This document shows positions 19,300-29,114 of a DNA stretch of 64,000 bases, piece by piece. The position numbers and the translations under genes were made by a program. The DNA is from an uncultured Alphaproteobacteria bacterium (GTDB taxonomy: Bacteria > Pseudomonadota > Alphaproteobacteria > Methylaequorales > Methylaequoraceae). The stretch is taken from assembly GCA_902542925.1 (NCBI GenBank), contig CACBWF010000001.1, forward strand, positions 41,569 through 105,568, given 5' to 3'. The first letter of the stretch is position 1. Every line of letters starts with the position of its first letter. Below the pieces are notes generated by a model. The model was not told where the DNA came from. It saw nothing but the letters and a program-made list of their open reading frames with translations, and did no database searches.

Positions 19300-20088
19300 A
19301 TGCCTTCAGTCTCGAATTTAGCCGTTGGTGCTGCAATGGCTGGTGCCGCTGCCTCTAAGGCTCGTCATCAAATGAACGAATCAATTGCAAGATTGTCAAC
19401 TGGTATTAGATCCATGTATGGTGGTGATGCTGCTGGTCAATCAATTGCAAACATGATTGGTGCCAAGGGTAAAAGTTTTGCTGTTGCTTCAAGAAATCTT
19501 GAAGACGGTATTTCTTACCTTCAAGCTGCTGAAAGTGTCCTCTTGGAAATGGCTGCACTAGCAACTAGATTGAGAGAACTTGGAACGCAGTACAATAATG
19601 TCGCTCTTATGACATCATTTGATCAAGTAGCTTTGAATAATGAAGCTGCAGCGATTGGTGATACAATGGATGCGATCCAAACAAATATGAAATTTAATGG
19701 AGTCTTCCTTGTTGGTGCGAGTCATAAATTTCAAATCGGTATTAATGATGCTAGTAGTACGTTAACCATAGGTGTAAACCAAACTATTGGTGTTCTAAAT
19801 ACTATAACTGGTGCTAACGGAGCTGATGCTTCTGCTGACACAGTTATTGGTCACATTGCGAAAGCACTTGGTAATGTTGCTGCCGGTATGGCTGGCTTAA
19901 AGGGTGCTCAAGCTGTTGCTGCTAACTCAGCTGCAAATTTAAATGCTGCTGCTGCAAGAATTCAGGATACTGATTACGCTCTTGAAACTGCTGCATTGAC
20001 AAAAGCTGCAATCTTAAACCAATCTGCGATGGCGATGGTAGCTCAAGCTAATGATGCGCAACAATCAATATTAACCGTTATACAATAA
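19300..20088 (+). CDS. Flagellin (short, divergent, 262 aa)
   Basis: N-terminus ESIARLSTGIRSMYGGDAAGQSIA. C-terminus ARIQDTDYALETAALTKAAILNQSAMAMVAQANDAQQSIL. RBS AGGAG. Confidence 0.8.
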   Translation: MPSVSNLAVGAAMAGAAASKARHQMNESIARLSTGIRSMYGGDAAGQSIANMIGAKGKSFAVASRNLEDGISYLQAAESVLLEMAALATRLRELGTQYNNVALMTSFDQVALNNEAAAIGDTMDAIQTNMKFNGVFLVGASHKFQIGINDASSTLTIGVNQTIGVLNTITGANGADASADTVIGHIAKALGNVAAGMAGLKGAQAVAANSAANLNAAAARIQDTDYALETAALTKAAILNQSAMAMVAQANDAQQSILTVIQ

Positions 20089-20108
20089 CATAATTTAGGA
20101 GAATAAAT

Positions 20109-20894
20109 ATGCCTTCTGTTTCAAATATAGCCGTTGGTGGAGCTCTAGCATCCGCTGCTGCTGACAAAGCCAGACACGGAATGAATGAGAGTATTGCTCG
20201 TTTATCAACCGGCGTAAGGGCAATGTATGGTGGTGATGCTGCTGGTCATTCCGTCGGAACGGTTCTTGTAGCTAAAAGTAAGAGTTTTTCGCAAGCTGTA
20301 AGAAATATCGAAGATGGTATTTCAATGCTACAGCAAAGTGAATCTTTACTACTTGAAGTTGCAAACTTACTAACCAGAGGAAGAGAACTTGGTATTCAAG
20401 ATGATGGATTAACAAGTGCTTTGGGTGATGCTAACCAGATTGCAGCAGCGAATGCTGAGATTATAGTGATCACAGACACAGTTGATACATTGTTAGCACA
20501 GACCAAATTTAATGGTAAACTTCTGGAAACAGGCAACTTTGCAATTGGTGTAAACGACGCAAGTACTACACATAGTGCTGGTCCCAACAAAGATATTACC
20601 GCCGTTGATGATGCTGACGCAACAGGCTTCGAATCTCAAGCTGATGTTGGTTTGCAAGAAGTTGCTGCGGCGTTAGGTAACGTAGCTGCGGATCTTGTTT
20701 CTTTGAAAGCATTCCAAGCGGTTGCTGCTAACACATCAGCTAACATGGCTGCTGCTGCTGCACGTGTTATGGATACTGATTTTGCCAAAGAGACTGCTGA
20801 TTTGACAAAAAATAGTATTTTAAATCAGGCAGCACTATCTATGGCAGCTCAGGCAAACGACGCTCAATCTGCTATATTGGCTGTACTACAATAA
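20109..20894 (+). CDS. Flagellin (short, divergent, 261 aa; paralog of the preceding gene)
   Basis: Same D0/D1 architecture; tandem with a 20-nt spacer. Confidence 0.8.
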   Translation: MPSVSNIAVGGALASAAADKARHGMNESIARLSTGVRAMYGGDAAGHSVGTVLVAKSKSFSQAVRNIEDGISMLQQSESLLLEVANLLTRGRELGIQDDGLTSALGDANQIAAANAEIIVITDTVDTLLAQTKFNGKLLETGNFAIGVNDASTTHSAGPNKDITAVDDADATGFESQADVGLQEVAAALGNVAADLVSLKAFQAVAANTSANMAAAAARVMDTDFAKETADLTKNSILNQAALSMAAQANDAQSAILAVLQ

Positions 20895-20921
20895 GGAAAC
20901 ACTACATATAGTATGTTTTAA

Positions 20922-20957
20922 GGGAAATGTGAGTAACTCACATTTCCCTTTTTTTTT
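20922..20957 (+). terminator. Rho-independent terminator after the second flagellin gene
   Basis: GGGAAATGTGAG-taac-CTCACATTTCCC hairpin followed by T9. Confidence 0.7.
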
Positions 20958-20972
20958 GGCATTGGATTTGCA
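20957..20972 (+). promoter_or_regulatory. Sigma-54 promoter (TGGCAT-N5-TTGCA) upstream of the 514-aa flagellin gene
   Basis: tggcattggatttgca lies ~40 nt upstream of the ATG at 21012. Confidence 0.55.
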
Positions 20973-21011
20973 GTTACTCTTTGTAAAAATTTATGTATAC
21001 AAAGAGAAATT

Positions 21012-22556
21012 ATGACAAAAATTAACACAACAATGGGGACAACAGGCGCGCTAAAAAGTCTCCTAAAAAATGAAAGAGAAATGCTTTCCGCAATGGAAAG
21101 AATTTCTTCAGGTAAAAGAATTAATCATGCAGGCGATGATGCTGCTGGTGCTGCTATTGCAGATAGAATGTCTGCTACTATTGGTGCATTAGATATGTCA
21201 ATTAGAAATGCATCTGATGTTTTATCAATGGCACAGGTTGCTGAAGGAGCGCTAGATGAAGCTTCTGCTGCATTACAAAGAATAAGAGAATTAGCAATTC
21301 AAGCTGCAACAGATATTATTAATGGTGAGCAAAAAGTTTATTTACAAACTGAAGTTGATCAATTACTTGATGAGATGGACCGTGTAACAAGAGATACAAC
21401 TTTTAATGAAATTGCTGTATTAGACGGAACTTTTGCAGACAGACGTTTTCAAATTGGTTCTCATGAAAGAGAAAAAGCAGTAATTTCTATTGCTAATATG
21501 AGAAATACTTCGATTGGTGCCTATCAAGCTACTACTGAAGGAACTAGTGGTCAAGCAAACCTAGCACAAAATGCTTTTCTTGCAGCGAGTAAATCAGCAG
21601 CAACTAGTAAAGTTACAACTTCCGATGCATTCACTATTACAGGTCTTTTAGGATCAAATGAATTAACACCAACGGCTGGTGAAACTGCAAAATCATTGAC
21701 TAACAGAATCAATGATTCTTTTGACAAAACAGGTGTTTCTGCAACGGCTTCTACTCAGGCTAGACTAAGAATGAAGACAAATTCAGCTGGTGATCACGTT
21801 GTTACCATGAAAGTTTATGGAAAAAACACAACAGCTCAGTCAATTTCTGCAACTGTAACTTTAACAACTGCATATACAGGAAATGATCTAACAGATCTTA
21901 GAGACCAGTTTAATTCTTTCAGTTCAGTAACAGGTATTACAGCGACTTTAAGTGCTGATAGTAACCAAATCGTTCTAGTACAAGATGAAGGTGAAGATAT
22001 TGTCATAGAAGATTTAGATTTTGCAAGTGTTACAGATGCAAATACATTAATGGAAGTAACAGGACTTAATTTTAAACAAGATACAACTGGAACATCAGTT
22101 GAAGTTCAGGATGCTAGCCAAACTAATGATAGTTTTAGATTAGGTGGAGAAATTACTTTCCATTCATCTCATACTTTTTCAATTGTTGGTAATGCAGATG
22201 GAGGATTATTTGAGTCGTCTGCAGCAACTTCAAGTTTAAATTCAGTTTCAACTATTGACATCAAAACAATGGCAGGTGCTGTTGATGCACTAAAGGTAGT
22301 TGACAGAGCATTAGATAGAGTTCACATGGAAAGAGCAAAATTTGGTGCCATTATGAGTAGAATGAATGTTGTTGTTGATAATTTAACTAATGTTTCTCAA
22401 AACCAAAGAGCTTCAAAAGCTAGAATTATGGATGCAAATTTCGCTTCAGAATCTTCAAGATTAGCGAAATCTCAAATTCTGCAGCAATCTGCATTAAATA
22501 TGATTGCCCAGGCTTCAAGAACAATGCAAAATGTATTAGTTTTATTCCAAGGATAA
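21012..22556 (+). CDS. Flagellin (canonical FliC/FlaA type, 514 aa)
   Basis: N-terminus ERISSGKRINHAGDDAAGAAIADRM. C-terminus KSQILQQSALNMIAQASRTMQNVLVLFQG. Confidence 0.9.
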   Translation: MTKINTTMGTTGALKSLLKNEREMLSAMERISSGKRINHAGDDAAGAAIADRMSATIGALDMSIRNASDVLSMAQVAEGALDEASAALQRIRELAIQAATDIINGEQKVYLQTEVDQLLDEMDRVTRDTTFNEIAVLDGTFADRRFQIGSHEREKAVISIANMRNTSIGAYQATTEGTSGQANLAQNAFLAASKSAATSKVTTSDAFTITGLLGSNELTPTAGETAKSLTNRINDSFDKTGVSATASTQARLRMKTNSAGDHVVTMKVYGKNTTAQSISATVTLTTAYTGNDLTDLRDQFNSFSSVTGITATLSADSNQIVLVQDEGEDIVIEDLDFASVTDANTLMEVTGLNFKQDTTGTSVEVQDASQTNDSFRLGGEITFHSSHTFSIVGNADGGLFESSAATSSLNSVSTIDIKTMAGAVDALKVVDRALDRVHMERAKFGAIMSRMNVVVDNLTNVSQNQRASKARIMDANFASESSRLAKSQILQQSALNMIAQASRTMQNVLVLFQG

Positions 22557-22597
22557 ATTTTATTAAAATAAGTCGTTTTTAATCAAAGGATAATTAT

Positions 22598-24277
22598 ATG
22601 GCCGAAACTGAAATTCTTTCCAAAATTGGCGTAGGTTCTGGTCTAGACACAACCGCATTGATTAAAGCACTCGTTGACGCAGATAGTGCAGCTGAAACCT
22701 CACAGTTAGAAAAAGATGAAGAAAAAACAAATGCTAAAATTTCAGCATTAGGAACTCTTAAATCTAATCTTAAACAATTTAATAATATCATTAAAAGTAT
22801 ACAAACCTCAGAATCATCTGGGTTTGTTGGAAACTCTTCAAATACCGCAACCGCAACTTTAACAGCTTCGGGTGACGCTGCTGGTGCAGACATAGATTCT
22901 TCATTGACAGTTACAACATTAGCATCCTCACATACATTGACCGGACCTGCATATAGTGCAACAACCTCAACAGTTGGTGCAGGAAGTATCTCAATAGCTT
23001 TTGGAACTTGGAGTGCAGACCCTACTTCCGGTGGGGGTCAGAGTCATACTGCTAATTCTCAATCAACGATTTCTGTGAATACTACTTCAAGTACAACTCT
23101 AAAGGATTTAAGAGATTTAATAAATAATGCTGCAACAGATTCAGATAGTGATGGAGAAAGAGATGTATTAGCATCAATAATTTATGACGGAACAAATTAC
23201 ATGCTTATGTTAAAAAGTGAGTCAGGAGCAAGTAATGAAATGAAGGTAACGGCTTCAAGTGATCTTGCTAATACTATCAGTGGTGTGTCGTATAATTACA
23301 ATGCAACAACTTCAAATATGACACAAAGAGTTTCAGGAATAAACTCTGCGTTCACAGTTGACGGGATTTCCATGACAAGATCTTCAAATGAGATTAAAGA
23401 TCTTTTTGATGGTTTTACTCTTGACTTATTAGCAACAAATTCTTCTGCAATCAGAGTTTCAAGCCAAGTTGATTTAACAAAGATAAAAGCATTAATGAAT
23501 GATTATGTTTTAACATATAACGAGGTTATGAGCTTGATTGATTCACTTACTACATCTGGAGATACAGCTCTTGGTGGAAGTAATGAGGCTGGCGCTTTGA
23601 ATGGCAACTCATTGTTGATGTCAATTAAATCTCAACTTCGAGGTTTATCAACGAAATCAATTGGCGGTTATGAAGGTGGTCCTTACTTTTTATCACAAAT
23701 GGGTATTAAAACCGAAAGAGATGGATCCTTGACTCTAAATCAATCAGATTTGGAAGAATCTTTCGATTTTAATCCGGAAATGGTACATGCTTTTTTTTCT
23801 GATCAATTGAAAACCGATACTAATGGAATTTCAGTAACTAGTTTTGAGCTTCTTAACACTAAACCAGGAACTTATGCTTTTGCAACTAATGGAAGCACTC
23901 ACACAATTGGTGGAGTAAACGCTACTAAAAATGGTACAAAATATAGTGTATCTTCAGGTGATCCAAATGGTTTAGTATTGAATGTAGCAAATGGAATAAC
24001 AAGTGGTAATGTGTATTATGGAAAAAGTTTTCTTTCACTTGCTCATGAAACAGTTGAAGTATTTACTAAATTCGATTCTGTGATTGATACCCAAGTTGAA
24101 AGCGGTAGATCTAGAATAAAGGATTTAGCAGAAAAAAGACTCAGATTAGAAGATAGAATTGAAAAGTTAACTCAAAGATATCAAAAACAGTATGCTAATA
24201 TGGAGTCAGCTGTTGCTGGTCTAAACGAAACTGGAAATATGCTCACAGCTCTTCTTGGTAATAATGATGATGATTAA
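22598..24277 (+). CDS. fliD: Flagellar filament cap protein FliD
   Basis: N-terminus IGVGSGLDTTALIKALVDADSAAETSQL...KISALGTLKSNL. 559 aa. Follows the flagellin gene. Confidence 0.85.
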   Translation: MAETEILSKIGVGSGLDTTALIKALVDADSAAETSQLEKDEEKTNAKISALGTLKSNLKQFNNIIKSIQTSESSGFVGNSSNTATATLTASGDAAGADIDSSLTVTTLASSHTLTGPAYSATTSTVGAGSISIAFGTWSADPTSGGGQSHTANSQSTISVNTTSSTTLKDLRDLINNAATDSDSDGERDVLASIIYDGTNYMLMLKSESGASNEMKVTASSDLANTISGVSYNYNATTSNMTQRVSGINSAFTVDGISMTRSSNEIKDLFDGFTLDLLATNSSAIRVSSQVDLTKIKALMNDYVLTYNEVMSLIDSLTTSGDTALGGSNEAGALNGNSLLMSIKSQLRGLSTKSIGGYEGGPYFLSQMGIKTERDGSLTLNQSDLEESFDFNPEMVHAFFSDQLKTDTNGISVTSFELLNTKPGTYAFATNGSTHTIGGVNATKNGTKYSVSSGDPNGLVLNVANGITSGNVYYGKSFLSLAHETVEVFTKFDSVIDTQVESGRSRIKDLAEKRLRLEDRIEKLTQRYQKQYANMESAVAGLNETGNMLTALLGNNDDD

Positions 24278-24284
24278 AAGAAAT

Positions 24285-25037
24285 CTACCATCCCATTATT
24301 AGATTAATAATTTTTTCTCTTTTTTCTTCTAAAAACTTTGTCGGATTAATTGCTCTATCTTTTGAAAAATCTTTCATGATATCATTCTTTGTTTTTGAAA
24401 ATCCGGAATGTATACCTGCCTCATTTCTATCTCGTGCAAAGTGTTCTAAGAAAGAAGTGTTAGATTGGATGAAGGGAACTTTTAATTGGGCTGGCCAATA
24501 ATAATCAAATCCGTATATAGTTTCAAAAAATGGATTATGATTTAAAAAATTTACCATTATTTCAACCATATTTCTATCATAACATTGGCTTACTCCAGGA
24601 CATGTTTTTCTCAAACTAAAATCTTTATTTTGTTCAATAATATTTTCTGATTTATTATGAAATACACTATTAAACAGCCCGATTGGAAATTTTTTTTTTT
24701 GTTTTTTAGAAATATTATAAAAATATCTAAGTTGATTAAGAAACTGTGGATCATGAATAACATCATTATCAGTAATATAAAGCAAATCAAAGTTCTTATA
24801 TATATAACAAAAATCTCTAAAGCATCTTGCTCTTGATCTTTCTATCCCTCCCCTAACTCTGAATCTCAAAATATTTTGAGAATATTTTTTGAGAAATTTT
24901 TCATTATATTCTGTTGATGCATCATCATAAATTAATAATTGAGAATTTTTATCCAATAATTGGGTTAAATTCTCTAGACAAAGCTTGGTAATATTTTTTC
25001 TATTATACGTTGATAAAGCAACAAGAATTTTTTCCAT
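24285..25037 (-). CDS. Glycosyltransferase family 2-like protein
   Basis: VALSTYNR...YDDAST pattern typical of GT-A/GT2 enzymes. Confidence 0.55.
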   Translation of the reverse strand: MEKILVALSTYNRKNITKLCLENLTQLLDKNSQLLIYDDASTEYNEKFLKKYSQNILRFRVRGGIERSRARCFRDFCYIYKNFDLLYITDNDVIHDPQFLNQLRYFYNISKKQKKKFPIGLFNSVFHNKSENIIEQNKDFSLRKTCPGVSQCYDRNMVEIMVNFLNHNPFFETIYGFDYYWPAQLKVPFIQSNTSFLEHFARDRNEAGIHSGFSKTKNDIMKDFSKDRAINPTKFLEEKREKIINLIMGW

Positions 25038-25091
25038 AAACTAAACATTTTTTTATATTAGACGTTTATAGATTTAGTATAATATTAATCT

Positions 25092-25451
25092 TTGAATAAA
25101 GGTATAGTTATGGAAATTTTTACTGAAAAAATGGTTAACCAGATTAAGATTATCGAAAAACTTCTTAATCAGCTTGAAAAAGATCTTAACCATTTAAATA
25201 AACCAAGTAAACTAGACAACGTCTCAGAACTAGTTGAAAGAGTTGGTAAAATTACAACTGTTTTAAAAACTACTCTTGATTTAGAAAAGGGTGGCGACAT
25301 TGCAAAAAATTTACTTCATCTTTATAATCACATTCAATATGCTGCTCAAAGAATCAAAGAACACGAAGATTATTCAGCAGTCAAGAGTGCTCATAAAGTA
25401 GTAAAAGAAATTAATGAAGGATGGTCTAAGCTTTCAACTGCTGCTGCTTAG
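25092..25451 (+). CDS. fliS: Flagellin-specific chaperone FliS
   Basis: LDLEKGGDIAKNLLHLYNHIQYAAQRIKEHEDYSAVKSAHKVVKEINEGW matches the FliS core. Confidence 0.8.
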   Translation: MNKGIVMEIFTEKMVNQIKIIEKLLNQLEKDLNHLNKPSKLDNVSELVERVGKITTVLKTTLDLEKGGDIAKNLLHLYNHIQYAAQRIKEHEDYSAVKSAHKVVKEINEGWSKLSTAAA

Positions 25452-27031
25452 CTTAAAAATTTTTTTACTTCATTATTTATATGTGACCAATCATTGAATT
25501 TTGATTGTCTAACCATTTTTACAGACTTATACCATGGGGTTTTGGAATCTTTCAAACCCCATCTCCAATCTGGTACTTTTGGAAGTAGTAATAATGTTTT
25601 CTGTCCAAGAGTGCCAGCTAAATGAACTAATGACGTATCTATTGTAATCACCTTATCCATTAAACTTAAAACCAAGGCTGTTTGCGAAAAGTCTTCAAGC
25701 TTATTATCAAGGACTTCTACATTTGAAAATTTTTTTAAAAATTTATGTTCCTCATTTGAAACACCTTTTTGTAATACAAAAAATTTACAATCATTATTTT
25801 TGAATATTTCTGAAAATTTTTCGATATGAATTGATCTATTTAGGTGCCTTTTATGTAGAGGGTTCCCAGACCATGAAACTCCAATATTCAATTTACTTTT
25901 ATCAATCCTTTTAGTTAAAAACTTATTAAAATTTACATTAAAACTCTTAAGCCTTTCGACATCAACAATAAGTGGATCAATAATTTTTTTGCTATTTTCC
26001 CAAAATAGATAGGGTAAGCTCATCATAAATATTCGATAGTCAAATGAAGTTTCATCAACATCATCAAATTTGTCTGAAATATTTACACTATCCAGTTCTG
26101 GACAAGATTTAAAAAAATTAATTGTCGATTTGTGTGCAGCAAAACTTACTTTATAATTTTTCTCAAGAAATGATTTTAAGAATCTTGATGCCATAAAATC
26201 GTCGCCATAGCCTTGTTCGCGATGTATTACAATTTTTAGATTTTTTTCTTTAAGATTCTTTTTAGTAAGTTCTGGATATCCATCTCCACCATATTTTACT
26301 AAAAATTTTTCTTTATCTCTATGTTTTTCGTATAATTCAAGGCCTTTATTATAATTACCTTGCAACAATTCAAGTAGAGATAAGTTGAAATTAGCAAAAA
26401 AATTATCTTCTTTTTCTAATGTTTTTTTATAAAATTCTTTTGCTTTTTTAAATTGAGATGTTTCAAAGAAATAAACACCTAAGCCTAAGTGAGCTAGAGC
26501 ATTTTCTTTATCTAAATGCATACAAGTAATAAAACATTCTTTAGCCATTTCAGGTTCTTGTGTTGCAATATAGGCTATACCTAATTGGGCCCAATTGTTT
26601 GGCATTTGTGGTAATTTATGTACACAGTCTGATAAAATATCTTTAGCTTTATACACATCTGCATAATCATGCATTAACATACATGCATAATCAAATGCAA
26701 TCATGTAGCATTCTGGACAATATTGATAACCTTTTTCTAAGATTAAAAATCGTTCTTCTTTCATTTTTTCATGTTCGTAAATCATAGAAAGTTGTAAATA
26801 AGCTTCTTCAAACGATTTGTCATTTTCTAATATTTTCTTAAGTTTTTCTATTGCATCATCATAATTACAAAATTCAATATCATCTAATGCTAAGACGTAA
26901 TTAGCATATGAACTATCCTTTTTTTTATTCAGAATTTCTTCAGCTAGATCTCTTGCTTTTGTAAGATGATTTGTGGAGTCCGGATTCGATATAAATTCTT
27001 TTAAGTTATTTTCTAAGGTTTCAAGATTCAT
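25448..27031 (-). CDS. TPR-repeat protein with C-terminal GT9-like (heptosyltransferase-fold) glycosyltransferase domain; FlmG-like flagellin glycosyltransferase candidate
   Basis: N-terminal TPR repeats. C-terminus NIGVSWSGNPLHKRHL...ITIDTSLVHLAGTLGQKTLLLLPKVPDWRWG resembles the GT9 DSGxxHLAxALG region. Confidence 0.55.
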   Translation of the reverse strand: MNLETLENNLKEFISNPDSTNHLTKARDLAEEILNKKKDSSYANYVLALDDIEFCNYDDAIEKLKKILENDKSFEEAYLQLSMIYEHEKMKEERFLILEKGYQYCPECYMIAFDYACMLMHDYADVYKAKDILSDCVHKLPQMPNNWAQLGIAYIATQEPEMAKECFITCMHLDKENALAHLGLGVYFFETSQFKKAKEFYKKTLEKEDNFFANFNLSLLELLQGNYNKGLELYEKHRDKEKFLVKYGGDGYPELTKKNLKEKNLKIVIHREQGYGDDFMASRFLKSFLEKNYKVSFAAHKSTINFFKSCPELDSVNISDKFDDVDETSFDYRIFMMSLPYLFWENSKKIIDPLIVDVERLKSFNVNFNKFLTKRIDKSKLNIGVSWSGNPLHKRHLNRSIHIEKFSEIFKNNDCKFFVLQKGVSNEEHKFLKKFSNVEVLDNKLEDFSQTALVLSLMDKVITIDTSLVHLAGTLGQKTLLLLPKVPDWRWGLKDSKTPWYKSVKMVRQSKFNDWSHINNEVKKFLS

Positions 27032-27139
27032 TTTTAAACTTTCTAAATTGGTTTACTAATCCCAAAATACTTCAATATTTATGCCAATTATTAGTTTTTT
27101 TTGGCATAAATATTGAAACAATACATTTAAGGTTTTTTA

Positions 27140-28042
27140 ATGATAAGTGTAATAATACCAACATATAATGGCATAGAAAAAGGGCTTGAAAGGTCGATAA
27201 GATCTGTATTAATGCTAAAAAACATAGATGAAGTTATTATAGGAATTGATGGTTCTGATGATACAAGTAATGAATTATGTAATGAACTACAAAAAAAAGA
27301 TAAAAGAATAAAGTACTTTGAAAATAAAAAAAATATTGGATGGGGAAAAACAGCTGCCATTTGTATATCAAAGGTAGGATGTAATCGAACTATAATTCAT
27401 AGTGATGATGATTGGATGCTTCCAGAAATGAATAATCTCATTGAATTTTCTTTAAAAAATAATTTAGATCTAGCATATAGTAAGTATGCTATTGGGAATG
27501 ATCAGACAAAAAAGATCAATATTTTTAGTAATCCTACATGGGAAAAAAAAAATTATATTGGTGAAAAAGATGAGTTTCATGAACTTTTATTACATGACTG
27601 TTATATCGGAAGATCTATAATAAAAACCGAAATTTACAAAAACACTTTTAATCTTAAAGCATTAGAAAACTTAAATAGAGAATTTGGAGAAGAATTTACA
27701 GCAATCGACTATAATTTATTTTTAGACTTATCTTCACAAGATTCTAAATTTGGGTATTTAAACCAAATTACAAATATATGGACCCAACGTGCAAACCAAG
27801 AAACTGGAATGTTTTATAATACCTCGGGAAAACATTTAGGCGAATCTTCTTATCTTTTTAATAAATATTACGATGAAAAAAAACACAGGAAAGATTGGGA
27901 TTTTTTAGGAAGTGTATTTAATCGAGTTAAATATTTATATACGTTTGCAAAAAAAAAAAATAAAAAAATTAATCCGATTTATGAAAATCATTTTAAAGTA
28001 TTTTCAAAAAAAATTAGTTCTTTAAGAGGTTCAAATGTTTAA
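27140..28042 (+). CDS. Glycosyltransferase family 2
   Basis: N-terminus MISVIIPTYNG...IIGIDGSDD. Confidence 0.6.
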   Translation: MISVIIPTYNGIEKGLERSIRSVLMLKNIDEVIIGIDGSDDTSNELCNELQKKDKRIKYFENKKNIGWGKTAAICISKVGCNRTIIHSDDDWMLPEMNNLIEFSLKNNLDLAYSKYAIGNDQTKKINIFSNPTWEKKNYIGEKDEFHELLLHDCYIGRSIIKTEIYKNTFNLKALENLNREFGEEFTAIDYNLFLDLSSQDSKFGYLNQITNIWTQRANQETGMFYNTSGKHLGESSYLFNKYYDEKKHRKDWDFLGSVFNRVKYLYTFAKKKNKKINPIYENHFKVFSKKISSLRGSNV

Positions 28043-29114
28043 AAAAAATTGTCATTTACTTATTACAGGTGGTACAGGGTCATTTGGAAAAGCAATGTTA
28101 GAAAAAATATTATTCAACAAAAATATTTCAAAAATTTCAATACTTAGTAGAGATGAAAAAAAACAAGATGATTTGAGAAAACAATTTAATAACAAAAAGT
28201 TAAATTTTATTTTATGTGACATAAGAGACAGAGAAAATGTTTTTTCTTCAATAAATGATGTTGATTATATTTTTCATGCGGCTGCTTTAAAGCAAGTACC
28301 AAGTTGTGAATTTAATCCAATGGAAGCAGTAAAAACAAACATTTTAGGTGCATTAAATGTAATAGACGCTTCAATAAGAAATAATGTAAAAAAAATTGTG
28401 CTATTAAGTACAGATAAAGCTGCCTATCCAATTAACACTCTAGGGTGTAGTAAAATGTTAATGGAAAAAATTATGTTTGCTAAAACCACAGAAAAGTCAA
28501 AAAACTCAAAAACAATCATTTGTGCAATTAGATATGGAAATGTGCTCTTTTCAAGAGGTTCTGTTGTTCCACTTTTTTTAAAACAACTTAGTGACAATAA
28601 ACCATTAACGATTACAAATCCAAGTATGACAAGATTTTTAATTTCACTATCAGAAGCAATAGATTTGGTTTTATATGCTCTATCACATGGTAAAAATGGT
28701 GATTTATTCATCAGAAAATCAAAAGCCGCTACAATTTTAAATATAGCTAAAGCATGTAGTTTAATGTTTAACAAAGAGTTGAATATAAATTACATAGGAA
28801 TAAGGGAAGGTGAAAAAATGGATGAAACACTTGCAACTAGAGAAGAAGTTGCTAAGTCAGAAGATAGAAATACTTATTTAAGAATACCTCATGAACAATC
28901 TAAAAATTTTAATAAATATTTTACGGAAGGAACTATAACTAAAGAAATTTTTCCATTCACATCTAAAAATACAAAACAACTTTCAATCGAAGAAATTATA
29001 GGTATATTTAAGGCAATTCCTGAAATACAACAAATTTTAAATGTAAATAAACATATGATAAATCTTCCAGTGAATGTAAGCGAAAGTTTTACTAATTCGC
29101 TCCTTATCAATTAG
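28035..29114 (+). CDS. UDP-GlcNAc 4,6-dehydratase of the PseB/LegB/CapD (FlaA1) family
   Basis: N-terminus LLITGGTGSFGK; polysaccharide-biosynthesis SDR family. Confidence 0.7.
   Translation: MFKKNCHLLITGGTGSFGKAMLEKILFNKNISKISILSRDEKKQDDLRKQFNNKKLNFILCDIRDRENVFSSINDVDYIFHAAALKQVPSCEFNPMEAVKTNILGALNVIDASIRNNVKKIVLLSTDKAAYPINTLGCSKMLMEKIMFAKTTEKSKNSKTIICAIRYGNVLFSRGSVVPLFLKQLSDNKPLTITNPSMTRFLISLSEAIDLVLYALSHGKNGDLFIRKSKAATILNIAKACSLMFNKELNINYIGIREGEKMDETLATREEVAKSEDRNTYLRIPHEQSKNFNKYFTEGTITKEIFPFTSKNTKQLSIEEIIGIFKAIPEIQQILNVNKHMINLPVNVSESFTNSLLIN

Noticed and set aside
19300-20894. Short flagellin-like proteins considered as extra FlgL paralogs instead of flagellins
   Set aside because: They are half the size of FlgL and carry the flagellin C-terminal D0 consensus. 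FlgL is already present at 17349-18629.
22594-22893. 99-aa minus-strand ORF overlapping the fliD start
   Set aside because: Antisense to the conserved FliD N-terminus.
28424-29110. Two minus-strand ORFs inside the PseB-like dehydratase gene
   Set aside because: Shadow ORFs in AT-rich coding sequence.
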